Assembly: GCF_003918875.1 (NCBI RefSeq)
Contig: NW_025767227.1
Coordinates: 434,001 to 498,000 of the forward strand
Source: Haliotis rubra
Lineage: Eukaryota
Direction of reading: 5' to 3'
DNA: 64,000 nucleotides
The stretch's first letter is position 1, and each line of letters begins with the position of its first letter. A program made the translations under genes and the position numbers. The notes beneath the pieces are model-generated. The model was not told where the DNA came from, made no database searches, and was given only the letters and a program-made list of their open reading frames with translations. Positions 1 through 12,000 of this stretch are shown here, one piece after another.

Positions 1-208
1 GCGAACAACCCTCCTGCTAGGTTGAATGAACAACCCCCCCCTGATAGGTGTAATGAACAACCCCTCCCTGCTAGGTGGAATGAACAACCCCTCCCTGATA
101 GGTGGAATGAACTACCCCTCCCTGCTGGGTGGAATGAACAACCCCTCCCTGCTAGGTTGAATGAACAACCCCTCCCTGCTAGGTTGGAATGAACTACCCC
201 TCCCTGCT
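1..208. repeat. ~31-bp minisatellite (gaatgaacaacccctccctgctaggtg)
   Basis: About 7 tandem units visible; array runs off the window start. Confidence 0.9.
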
Positions 209-215
209 GTTCTGT

Positions 216-583
216 GGATACACAATGTACTCTAGAAATGGTCAAATGTAACATGGCATATTTGGGATTACACTTTTTCTGTGAAGTACAGATTCTAGTA
301 CTTGTTTGGGTTGAGTTCCATCCAGAAGTTTAACCCACGGTCTCAGAGTGAGAACCTTTAGCCATGTAACCCACTCATCCACTCGCTCAATGAGGCTTCC
401 ACAAAACGGACGTCTGACAACTGGTAGTCTAGAACACATACTTTTGTGTATCCATGTGACCTGTAAGTGTACATCAGCTCACAAGCCAATCTCTCAAGAC
501 ACAATTCCTTGCAGAATGTGGCCAAATGTTACATGTCATAGTAGGGGATTCTCACTTCCTCAGTGAAGTACAGATTCTAGTAA
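216..583 (-). mobile_element. Degenerate tRNA-containing mini-LTR (TRIM/Helenus-like) element, tandem arrangement
   Basis: Direct repeat 216-300 vs 498-583 (period ~280). On the - strand the unit 473->247 starts TGTACA, ends TGTTACA and is followed by TTTG(G/A)CCA. Homologous to 49603-49895, which keeps tRNA A/B-box-like motifs. Confidence 0.5.
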
Positions 584-2179
584 TAGTTATTTTGCCTACC
601 CAACTGTTGAAGAAACGATGACAAAACTAAGAATGCCAATACATAATAAAGACGTTATCACACTTCTCTTATGATGGTCAGTATTCTTTATTAACAATAA
701 ATATTGACATTAGCAAGACTTAAGCTGGGACTGGCTAAAATGATTGATAATCCGAAATATCCCAAATATTGTTGATGGAAAGATTAATTATGATTATGCA
801 CACACACACACCCTCCCCCACCCCACCCCACCCCTCAAAAACTGTATCAGCCCCAGTTATCAACACATTTTTTTACATCGTACACTATGGAACACTCACT
901 ATTTCATAAATTTACAGGACCCTCGTATATTGTAACAACTCTGTAAATTAATAATTGTTCGCCCCTGGCATCCCTCGTTCTGTAATGGAAATTACTACAT
1001 TTATGCACTTGACTTGAACTGACAGAAAAGTTTATTATATGAAAACAACATAAACATATACCTGTGCATAATGGATCATTGAAATGAAATGAAAATATTA
1101 CACGAGACCTTGAGAAGCACGTAACACGTTACACCCTCACTGGCCACAGACATTTCCCAAGGGTAGACTTGTGATGCACCTCTGCAAAAGTGTAGTTGCA
1201 GACAGGGTTCAAAAGACAACCTATTGCATTTAAGCACTGATTTTAACCAGATAATCTTTAGGGTCACGCCAATGTTATTTTTGAAGCGGTTTCATTCTTA
1301 GAACATAGTGATACGTACCACGGTTCTACGTCAGACGATGGATCACGCCTGCACACATGACTGGGAAGACTGAAGCGACGTGCTTTGTTTTTCTTAAAAC
1401 TCCTTACAGCGACAGCCCAATGGAAATGTCTTGCGCTGTCGTAGAGCTATGTCCGAAGGGAAGTAACTCTAAATATGGCATCGTCTCAATTGCTTTTGGA
1501 TAAGGCATACTTGAGACAGTTCGAATCCCACAAAGAAACAGCATGTTCATGTAGGCTATGACTTTATTGAGATATATCAGTGACCTATATCAAATATTGG
1601 ATGAAGGACTATCAGTAAATGCCAGTGATTAAGTACTTTGGTTTAATCCGTGACTAAGTACATTAAAATAATTTCACAAAGACGCTTAAATCTCGTATGT
1701 ACTTCCTCTTGACATGCATTTGACATAACACTGTGTCGCCAAAGCTCTTGAAGCACAGTTTAGTTCACGTTCGTCAAGTGGGGTCAATAGAAACGTCGTG
1801 AGTAATAGAAAGTATGTGACTGATATAGCGTAAACTGGGCAAAACTTAATTGAGATTACGGTCACATCAAATTGATTTGAAACTGAATACCCCACCCCAC
1901 AGTATACCTGAATGTACAACTAATTCAATAAAAGGTAGACATTTATTTTGGTATTTAAAAATCATTGCGGACACGTACGGAACCCCAACATACTGGTAGT
2001 TGGATGCGTGATACATGAATTATATGATACCATTGTAACTCGATTCCTTGATTCCCTAACGGAATTTATCATGAGACGTGGTACAAAAATGGTAACAAAT
2101 AAGGGAAGCTGATACATGACTTCGTGGGGACATTACAAGGAGTGTTTGTTTTGTTTTCTATTTTTTCTATCAGTATTGA

Positions 2180-2310
2180 GTGAGTTCGGTTTTATGCCGC
2201 TTTTTGGATTATCACAGCTAAATCACCAGCAATGGGCTTCACAGATTGAACCGATCCCTGCTTCGGTGTGACGAGCAACGCGTCCACCACTGGACTTACT
2301 CCACCGCCCC
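2180..2310 (-). mobile_element. tRNA-derived SINE (family A), degenerate
   Basis: Similar to 2493-2646; flanked by direct repeat atcagtattga. Confidence 0.7.
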
Positions 2311-2492
2311 TTTAATCAGTATTGAAGCCACCAGGTATCTGTACCCTTTTACTAACATGGACTTACGTAAAGGCCCACAACGTCAAGTTTTACTTTCAAG
2401 CGCCAGTGTCAAGACAACTCATTCAGTGACCAACATGTGAGGTCAAGGTCATAGTGAAGATATTTGTGAAGCACATTCATCAACGCCCTTTC

Positions 2493-2646
2493 GGGGCGGT
2501 GGGTAGCCTAGTGGTTAAAGCGTTCGCTCGTCACGCAGTAGACCCGGGTTCGATTCCCATATGGGTACATTTCTGGTGTCCCCCACTGTGATATTGCTGG
2601 AATATTGCTAAAAGCGACGTAAAACTAAACTCACTCACATACTCAC
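2493..2646 (+). mobile_element. tRNA-derived SINE (family A)
   Basis: A box tagcctagtgg, B box ggttcgattccc, tail gctggaatattgctaaaagcgacgtaaa+(actc)n; 13-bp TSD tcaacgccctttc (2480-2492, 2647-2659). Confidence 0.92.
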
Positions 2647-2801
2647 TCAACGCCCTTTCCGTCAGACAAGACTATTCCTGTGTACGTAATTGGATGCACC
2701 GTGGAAGGGTATACTGGAAAGGTAACCACTAACTTGTAAACTAATCTACTATTTCACAACACTCAAGACCAACACACTTTCACACTTTTAGAATGACCAA
2801 A

Positions 2802-2965
2802 TGAGTGAGTGAGTATGGTTTTACGCCGCTTTTAGCAATATTCCAGCAATATCACGGCGGGGGACACCGGAAATAGCTTCACACATTTTGCCCATGTGGG
2901 GAATCGAACCCGGGTCTTCGTCGTGACGAGCGAACACTTTAACCACTAGGTTACCCCACAGCCCA
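2802..2965 (-). mobile_element. tRNA-derived SINE (family A)
   Basis: Full-length reverse copy; TSD agaatgaccaaa (2790-2801, 2966-2977). Confidence 0.92.
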
Positions 2966-3015
2966 AGAATGACCAAAAAAACGAGAGGTCGCATCAAGAT
3001 CAAGGTGCCACTTAC

Positions 3016-3121
3016 CTGGTGACCTGGTGCTGTCCTTGCCCTGTTCGGACTCATGGATCGCCTCCGTGGTCAAGTGGATGGAGCGTCTGTCGGGAGAGGG
3101 GGCGTTGTTGGTTTCAGCCAT
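3016..3121 (-). CDS. Probable first coding exon of an unidentified neighbouring gene (MAETNNAPSPDRRSIHLTTEAIHESEQGKDSTRSP)
   Basis: ATG at 3121, open frame to a strong donor G|gtaagt at 3016/3015; CpG-rich upstream region with CCGGAAGT (ETS-like). Downstream exons not identified. Confidence 0.45.
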
Positions 3122-4699
3122 ACAAAAAGACGTGAAAAAATGGCACTTCCGGGTACCGACGAAAACGTTCAACGTTCAGGTGTTAGAGAGCTGGTCGGCG
3201 CGGTGTCATGAGACTGTGCCTGGATGAGTTATACAAGCCAAACGAGGTCAGGTACCTCAATAGGCTGGCGCCATAAAACATTCGTCCGTGCTTGTATATA
3301 CAGCGACACACGGACATCTCGGTCACGTTACACACTCATCTCTTACATTTGCGCGTTTATACGACCGAGAATACATTATTGCATTATCTCTTGAATATGA
3401 AAACTGATATCAAACTGGTACAGTTACAGATTGGACAATTCCTGAGGCAAAACTGTTCGCGACGGTTTGAGGAGCACTGTAGGTTACCACGACATCCAGT
3501 GACCTTGCTTCACGTCACCGCCAGGCGCGCCTCGAACAGTATATTATTGTGTTGCAATAGGCTTTGTGACGCACTATAACATTGTTGTGCTGTCATGTGC
3601 TCCGGAGCAACCTTCTATAGAACATTTCCGGGATGAGATGAATAGACCCCAACGACAGGATCAGAACTAGTCGACTAAGGCAAGCGGCCAATCTTTATTT
3701 GACATTATCAACAACATCCTTTCGACTGTTTCCATCATCTGGTGTCTTCGACGCAATACAACAGGCTCGCCTACATCAAGGGGACTGTTTCGTCTCGCCT
3801 GGCGAGGCCTGCTCCCATTAGTTGTGTGAAGGTGTCAGAGAATGGGGTTTAATTTGCCACAGCATCAAAAGAGAAAATGAACAGTCTTTCTAATCAAAAG
3901 TTTTGATTTATGTTCATGAATTGTTAGAATTGAACTATCGACTCAGTTTTAATTGCCCATCAGTTTACATTAATGCACATTGGAGCTTACCGCCTGGGTG
4001 TCTTCAAAACGGAGAGTGTGTACCAGTAAATCTCGATTCTCTGTAAACGCCTGTTGATATTGCCTCACATAGTTGAACCACCCACCATAACCTGCTGCAA
4101 CAGCAAGAAAAACGCATTTCATGAACTTTATAGCCACCTGCCAATAGCAACCAAATAACAAATCTTATGAACGTCACGGTGAAACCACCCGTCACAACCA
4201 AAGCAAGAAACAACTAAGTTCATGAACGTCACGGTTACACCATCCGTCACAACCAGCTGCACTGACTTGGGGTATTACACAAGACTCTTGTTCTCACAGG
4301 ATATCCTTCGAATGACACATAAATCTGCCATTGGAAACAATTCGTCTATTCCATTTTTACCTGTACACTGAAAGTTCCGAGAATAAAAACATATCGCGTC
4401 ATCCGAGCTAACCTGTATATTTAGTTCACAATTAAAAATATCAGCATCTTAGAAAGTGTTGATGCCATCATTCGTATTCAGATTTGTTCTGATGACAAAA
4501 CTATTAACGAATAAAGCAAGTAAATTTTCAACGTTTCGCTGTCAGTAAGAATTAATGTCCTATTGTACAACATTGGTGAAACATTCCAAAACTAAATTTA
4601 CACAAAGCCGTAAGTCAAAGGAGAACCTCATATATATTGTATTGTTTCAAATTATTCCAAGATCAATACAATACAATCCTCATGATTCAAGCACAATCT

Positions 4700-5661
4700 C
4701 ATATCTGTACAGGACGAAACAGTTTGAGAGGGGAATATCATTACAGATTCAAATATCTATTCATGACCTTAAGAGCTTCTTTGAGTGGCATTTTTAGAAG
4801 TTTGAGATTTAGATAAGGACAGACTTTCCATAGAACACGTGAGCAGATGGAAGTAAATGTCCCTCGAGAATATCTGTGTACCGCTCACTGTTCATATTCC
4901 CTTGAAATACACAGATATGCCACCCCACACGTTAAATTTCGGACTTTACTTTGGGCGCTGATACAAAGGTTTTTCAGTTTGTTTCGTCCAGAATTTCAGT
5001 GTATTAGGAAACAGCCACACAGAACCTTTATCTGAGAAAATCACATTGTCCCAGTTACAATTTCTATGCTGTAAGCACCAGTTCAACCTTCGCTCCTTTT
5101 GTTCAGGTTTCATGATCGTTGATGGAATTCCTCGACTTTTCTGCCAACCCATTGCTGGAGCTCAGTTCTAATTGTCTCCTTACAGACATCCACAGTTCCT
5201 CTATCAATCATATCCAGCCTTAAGTTTTCTAAACTCCTTCGTTTGGTTTTAGAAACAAGAATACCAAGCCGCCTCCTGTCACCGACAGTCAATTTTCTGG
5301 GCCTACCTGCGCCTCCCTGGTGCTCAGTGCCATACCCATTTGCAATATTTTTCAAAACACGATAAACAGAGGACAAAGGGTTGCCTGTTCTACTTGAAAT
5401 CATTTTAGTTGATCTGATGTCCTTGTTATAATACTCTAAAATCAACTACCTCTTCTCTAAATCATCCTTACTGAGGATCATTGAAAATGTCGTCTGCTAG
5501 CAAGTAAACAAAGGGGGATAACTCTTCACAAACTAATGAAAAAGGATTAAGGGAGTTGTCTGTCTTGAATGAACCAAGTACTTGATAGCTGGTCAAGGTT
5601 GTTTATACTAGAAATCCAATTAAACATATTCCTAAAATTCTTAATAATTTCTGGTCATACT
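4700..5661 (-). mobile_element. Tc1/mariner transposon relic (frameshifted transposase)
   Basis: ORFs 5110-5445 (HTH, GAGRPRKLT) and 4946-5152 (RLNWC..W.NVIFSD). One terminus near 5661; left boundary approximate. Confidence 0.8.
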
Positions 5662-5695
5662 ATATATCCTGATATAATAATTAGTCACTTGCTGT

Positions 5696-5893
5696 CACAG
5701 GCCCTCGTGTCTTTGCGAGGATTAAAGATTTAGAAAAAAATATTTTGAGATGACCCCCGATTCAAAATACTTCATAGTACAATACATCATGACATTATGT
5801 ATTGTACTGTGAAGCATTTCGAGTCGGGCTCATCTCAAATTTTTATATATTTAAAAAAAAAAAAAACTCCTCGCAATGACACCAGGGCTTGTG
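5696..5893. mobile_element. Palindromic MITE-like element
   Basis: Imperfect inverted repeat over its whole length (cacaggccctcgtgtctttgcgagga ... tcctcgcaatgacaccagggcttgtg). Confidence 0.75.
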
Positions 5894-6813
5894 CTTGCTG
5901 TCCACACAGTTGACCGTCGCAAACCATTAAGTCTGGATTATGTAACTCTTTGCATAAGTCAGTTTTGAACAGAGGACACTGGAAAAGAATCTGCAGCTTT
6001 TCACTTGACATGACTAATCTAAAATGTCTTCAATGTGCAAAATATTTAATTGCAATATATTACTTGTACTTATGTTATTAAACCAACACTCACTGGAATG
6101 ATTGAGAAATGCATCTAGGAAATCCTGAAAGGTCCTGTCGCCCCGTCCCCTCCTCCTCTCTGTGTGGAGATGTTGGGACACACAAACATCCTTCGGGTTC
6201 CGCAGGAGGTAGAGAATCTTTGGCTGGTGGGTGAGTATCTGTGATGGGAGGTAACGGAGAGGGTAGTGGGAATTTAGGACCCGGGGGCTGGGAAGGTCCG
6301 CCAGCTGGTCAGCTGAGGTACAGTCCAGCATGTGGAACTGACCAGTCCGGCCATGGTGGTCGTCTGTGCTGAGAGTCCAGAGCCTGCTCAATATCTTCCA
6401 CAGCGAACGACATCCTGAGGAAGAAACGTTTGAGTTTTGAGTGAATTGCTTTTATGCCAGTTTCTTAATTGTTCCAATCATTACACAGCAAGTATTGACA
6501 TCTTTAACGGACTATATCGACCACCGCAGCGAGTGAGTGAGTGAGTTTACATTGCTATACCAAGACGGACAGGCCGTGGGCAATTGCAACGTCGGAATCG
6601 AACCAGGCTTTTTTTTTTTGTGGCGAGCCAGTGCTATACCCACTGGGCTATCTCATCGTCCCTGGTTGAATGGGGTGTCAATGAGTGACCGAGTAATGGG
6701 GTTTACTTTCCGATACTGGAATCGAACCCGCCTATTTGCGTGACCAGCGACCGCTTTAACGTATCAATCTCCAAGACTGTCAACCATACTGTCAAGACGG
6801 ACAGAACCGCTTA

Positions 6814-7013
6814 GGGACCGTTCGTAATTTATGGTTAATTTTGTACACATGTACTATGGGGGATGGTGGTGGTCATCAATTTTGTACATAAAATATGTTT
6901 AAAATTATGCTTAGAAATTATGGGAAGGTAGGGGTGGGGGGTCATTCACAATGTACATGCTTCTCCATCAAAATCATCATCAGCCCTTCTAACCATCAAT
7001 TATGAACGGTCCC
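6814..7013. mobile_element. MITE, PIF/Harbinger-like
   Basis: TIRs gggaccgttc..aatt / aatt..gaacggtccc with a TTA target duplication on both sides. Confidence 0.75.
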
Positions 7014-7278
7014 TTACATGTTTTATAAATGAATATTGTGTCATATATGCGTCACATGTTTCTTATGAGCGTACGAATACTGTTTTGTGATTATTTGTTA
7101 ACGCAACGCTATATGAAGGAGGACCGTAAATAATGAAACTGGATCAGATAAACCACTTATTGACAGTTTGAACTAAAAAAAACACATTTCTGTTCCAGAC
7201 CATCCGATGCATTGTCAACGAATGGCCAATGATTAATGAGCTCATTTTGAGCGCTTTACGTTTTTGTATTGGTATTAT

Positions 7279-7450
7279 GGGGCAGCGGGGTAGCCTGGTG
7301 GCTAAACAGTTCGCTCGTCACGCAGAAGATCCAGGTTCGATTCCCACATGGGTACAATGTTTGAAGCCCATTTCTTCTGTCACCCGGCCTTGATATTGCT
7401 GGAATATTGCTATAAAACGGCGTAAATCTAAACTCATTCACTCACTCACT
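7279..7450 (+). mobile_element. tRNA-derived SINE (family A)
   Basis: A/B boxes, family tail and (actc)n; lies ~25 bp into the intron of the - strand SULT-like gene. Confidence 0.9.
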
Positions 7451-9033
7451 GTTTGGTATTGTTTCCCCCTCACCTGAATACGGATATCCAACGATGAAGA
7501 CATCCTCCTGCCTCACTGCTAGATCCCTAATCTGTGTGATGTGTGAGTGCAGGTCCTTGTCTGCGGGATATACCGGAAACTCACACCCATTGTAGCCCAA
7601 CAAGGGGAGGTAATTTCCAGGTCGCAACGTCTCACTCATGGACGGGCATAGATGGGCTCCTGAAGAATTCAAAATGGTGACATGGTACTTGTCCACGAAA
7701 CAAAGAGAAATATAAATATTAACCTTTCTTAACTAGTAATATAAAACGCTTGTCCAGATCATTATTTCACAAAGCAATGATTGCTCTAAGGCGACCCCTA
7801 TACTATAACATGGACTTACGACGGTCGTAGCGCTACGATCTCTCTGTGGAAGAAATCTCTGAAATTTTCTACTGAGAATTATCGCAAAACATATGTCGAC
7901 CTAATTGTCTTCAAAATGCTTCAGACTGTTGAGGAAATACATTACACAGTTTAGGTTGTGGCTATAGGCTTGATAAAGCATATCACGGCATGAGATTAAC
8001 GCTCAGATGGCGGAGAATATCCGTAAACACACAAGGTAACCATGCAAACACAATCACAGCGTCCATAGTAACCAGGGTAATGGGCGTTTGCCGATATGCC
8101 GAAGAAATTCTGATATTTCAACACAACGTTAAAAAACCAATATACCTTCCTTGCTGTACAGTGAGGTAGTACAACGCTGTGTTTATGACACCTTCGTTAT
8201 ACAGCTCACGGCTGTTATTTCGATAACCTACCTTCTCCTCAGACCTGCGGATCTGCATGAACAGCTTAGCCTTGGTGTAAACATGCCCGGCCGACAGAAA
8301 TAGCCGACCGATATTCTCCCGGGCACTGGGTTAAACACCCTTGCGTTGTGTTCTCCTGACCAAGCTACCCAGTCTACACCGAGAGAGTGTGTACAGAGAC
8401 TGAAGCAGTCCTCAAAGCAAACAGGGCTGTCCCCAAAAAGCATGTCAAGGACTGTGACTTCATTGTTGAATAGTTGCCATGGTTCATGGTTCATGGTAAT
8501 CAACATATGATCAACACTGTAGGATATTAAGGGTTAACATACACGGAAGTCACTTTGAAGAGGTTTGTAAGGAGTATTGATTCCCTTATAGACGTGTGGT
8601 GTACGTACAAACGAGCCTCTACGTCTTATTGACAATGTGGGAGAGGTGCTTCACGCCGATGTGAATATTTCAGTTAAATCACTGCATCAGTTTAATTCAT
8701 TCGGAAAACTCGGGGTAACGAGTGTTTCGTAAACTTGGTTCACTATTGGGGCTAATCTGGGATTCAAACTCATGCGTATTTATATCGCTATTTAGCCCAA
8801 AGGGACTCCCAACGAGTGTGCAGTAAACTAGGTGACTGTCTTACGCAACTGTCAACCTGTACCAGTTTAAACAACAATCGTTCAAAGGACTGGCAGTACT
8901 CCGTTTTGCTGAATCATCCAATCCTACAAATGTATAGTCACGTGACTAGATCAAACGGAGTCACGCGCTGTGTGAAGCTAGTGTCAACACAAGAGTCGGT
9001 GTCAAGCGTAGATAATCACAAGTACCCATTGAC

Positions 9034-12000
9034 ATGGAAGGCCAGCAGTGAGTATGCACACCTCAGTAGCTTCAGTTAATGCCTTGTTTTTAACCACCTA
9101 ACACCATTCGCGACAATAACTGGGTTGTGCAGATGTTATCGGAGTACGCCCCCATAGAAGTGCACTCGGCTTCTCGCGGACAAGCATATGGTAGAGCTAG
9201 TCAAAGGGAGGTAATTATTGCGTTTACTTTGGGCAGATTAGTCGTACATAATAGGCTTTGGACGGCATTAAGAAATGATTTACATAAAAGCTGAGAAAAG
9301 GATGTCAAGTTTTTTATTGTGAGTAACGCGACGTTTCATGAAGGACTAAAGATATTCTCCGAAACGTCCAGTTCCTCTAAATAAAGAACATGGCATCCTT
9401 AATTCCCACCTTTTAACATTTAGTATAAGCGTATATTAAAAAAAACAAACCCAAAAACAACAACAACAACAACAACAAACAACAAAAAACAACCACAGTA
9501 ACGCATCAGTTATGAAATATAATAAACAGGACTACGAAATATTCTGAAACTGATGCAATCGAAACTGGCCATACTTCTCACGTAACAGTGATCGATAGAG
9601 GGACGTATCCTTGCTTGCTTTGGAAGTGGACGAGGCTGTCCATCCGATCCCCTTTCTGTTTTTGCGAATAGAGTCGGATATTTAACCAAATATTGACCGG
9701 TAGAATATGACTCGTGCCAGTCTCGGTGTCCGACAGATATTTCCATTGAAAATGCAAATCATATCCTGTGAAAGGCTTGAGATAGTAAAGATAGCGTGTC
9801 AGTTTTCTGTAACCCGAAGTAAAATCACGGTTTTAAAAATAGCGCACAGTTACAGCTAGTATAAATTGTATGACAGTCGCATACAAAAGTGACAGTCAAG
9901 GTTTCATTGAATTTCGTTTTTTAAACGATATTTATTATCTCGGCATAGATCACGAGCTTCATGCACGCTATCGTAAAGTAGCGATCTTTTCCGATTGCAT
10001 ACTTGACATACATATTAAAATCACGGGTAAGAAGTAGACAACGTTACCTTTATTATGTCGGTAAAAGTACAGCATACTTAACTTTTCTCACACACGAAAT
10101 AACTGAAAGTGGCGTTAAACCCTACTCATTCTTCTTAGAGGGGCCGTGGGTAATCCAGTTATTAAAGCGTTCGGTCGTCACGCCGAAGGCCCGAGTTCGA
10201 TTCTCTACAGGATACAATGTGCGAAGCCCATTTCTGGTGTGCCCCGCCGTGATATTGCTGGGATATTGCTAAAAAAAGCGTCGTAAATGCATAGTCACTT
10301 ACTCACTCATTCTTTTCAGAACTCCTGAGATTCTGGACTACCGGAATGAGAATGGTAATGGATGGTCCTTCTACAAAAATGACGGCGTCCTCCGGAGAAT
10401 TGGTTCAACCCCTGAGGATGACATTGAAATGATCCGAAAAGTTCAGAAACTCGAACTTAGGGACGATGACGTCTTGATTGCGGCATATCCCAAATGTGGT
10501 AAGAACCAAAGTTTCACAATTTTCTGTATAAAGCAGCAATAGATTGTGTGAATAAATGTGGTGGGGAATTCTGCAATAAGCACATAAGAACAAAATGATT
10601 TACAAAAAATATTTTTAAAAATCAATTTGTAAAGTTCATATTTACAAACATTTGCAACTTTTGTAAAGATCCCCTGTTATAATATGTCTCCGATGTCTGT
10701 GTGAGGAGGAGTGTTATAGACTTCACTATTTCAAACATTTTTTGTTCTATTGAGGGAGTTCATCATGTATTGTAGAAATAGATAATGGTTCTTGGGCGGT
10801 GGGGTAGCCTAGTGGTTAAAGCGTTGGCTCGTCACGCCGAAGACCCGGGTTCGATTCCCCACATGGGTACAATGTGTGAAGGCCATTTCTGGGGTCCCCT
10901 GTCGTGATCTTGCTGGAGTATTGCTAAAAGGCCTATAACCATACTCACTCACTCATAATGGTTCTTGCATGTGGCATACATGTCTTTATGCATGAAAACT
11001 ACCGTATATTAATATTATTATCCATTTATGCTTTATGTGACGCGTGAAGAAACAACATACATATTGTCTTTGAATACATTTTTAAAAGTAGGGATAATGT
11101 ATAATGTTTCTGTTCGCTTACCTCTGTGATTAGGTAGGAACTACTTCTATAAATTCGTATAATTTCATTCAGTCTGCATGTATGACCCTTGTTATATGTG
11201 GCAAACCTTGATATTGACTACATGGGAACGAAGGGAGGCAATTCCGTACATTGTAGTCTGACCTTAGGTAAGTGTGTTTGTTCAAAATTGCCACTGTTCA
11301 ACAAGCAGAAAATGGGTACCCGGTGGGATGTCATATCCTTTTTACCTTCTGGCGCCTCACAGGCAGCTTGGGTTATCCAGCTAATACTGTCTATGATCCC
11401 TGTTAGCGCTTTGAGAACACTTTGTGCACTGTGCAGATCATGCTGACCAAAACACAAATACCATTCAAACAGGTGTAATTCACTCACAAACTCACACGAT
11501 GCTGTCTGTTCCGATCCCTACAGGTACCCACTGGTTGTGGGAAATAGTCACCATGCTCAGGGCCGGTAACTCTGAGTACCAGAAGGAGGCCAAGGAGGTG
11601 GCCATGTTGGGGATGCCAAAATATGAGCGGGCTGATGAACTCCCCTCCCCGAGAGTTCTGAACTCACATCTACATTTCCGTCATCTGCCGGAGAAGCTGG
11701 CGGAGAAGAATATAAAAACAATCTTCATCATGAGAAATCCCAAAGATGTCAGCGTATCCTATTATAGCCATGTCAACGGAATGAAAGCGAGTTTTAGGTT
11801 TGACGGGACGTATTCAGAATATCTGGAACTATTTCTGGAAGGGAAAGGTGAATGATATTTAGATGCTGTTAAGTCATACCAAGCCCCATGGTAAAACAGA
11901 CCTGTGTGGTATAAAATGCTTATCAACGAGCATTTATAAACTAGTGCTCAAAAGAAAGTATACAGTGTGCTTGACGAAACTTGAAAAGAAAGCAAAAGCA

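Larger units (their letters stand above)
3991..7639 (-). pseudogene. Divergent cytosolic sulfotransferase-like gene, apparently lacking its last two exons
   Basis: Coding exons 7639-7474, 6414-6094, 4094-3991 splice in frame with the same intron phases as the + strand SULTs. Motifs DVFIVGYPYSGCRSLW, LPSPRVLNSH, RNPKDVCVS, YGGWFNYV. No RKG/GDWKN exons found. Probable non-coding first exon ends at a donor near 8232. Confidence 0.7.

Noticed and set aside
1060-1182. Possible second exon of the - strand gene starting at 3121
   Set aside because: Acceptor-like site present, but the required frame stops after ~17 codons and the donor is ambiguous.
2493-2570. tRNA gene
   Set aside because: The tRNA-like head continues into a SINE body and tail with a TSD; no acceptor stem or terminator.
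3690-3830. Hairpin ctcgcc/ggcgag plus gaaac on the - strand, suggestive of a hammerhead or DIRS-like terminus
   Set aside because: No CUGANGA core and no second copy in the window to support it.
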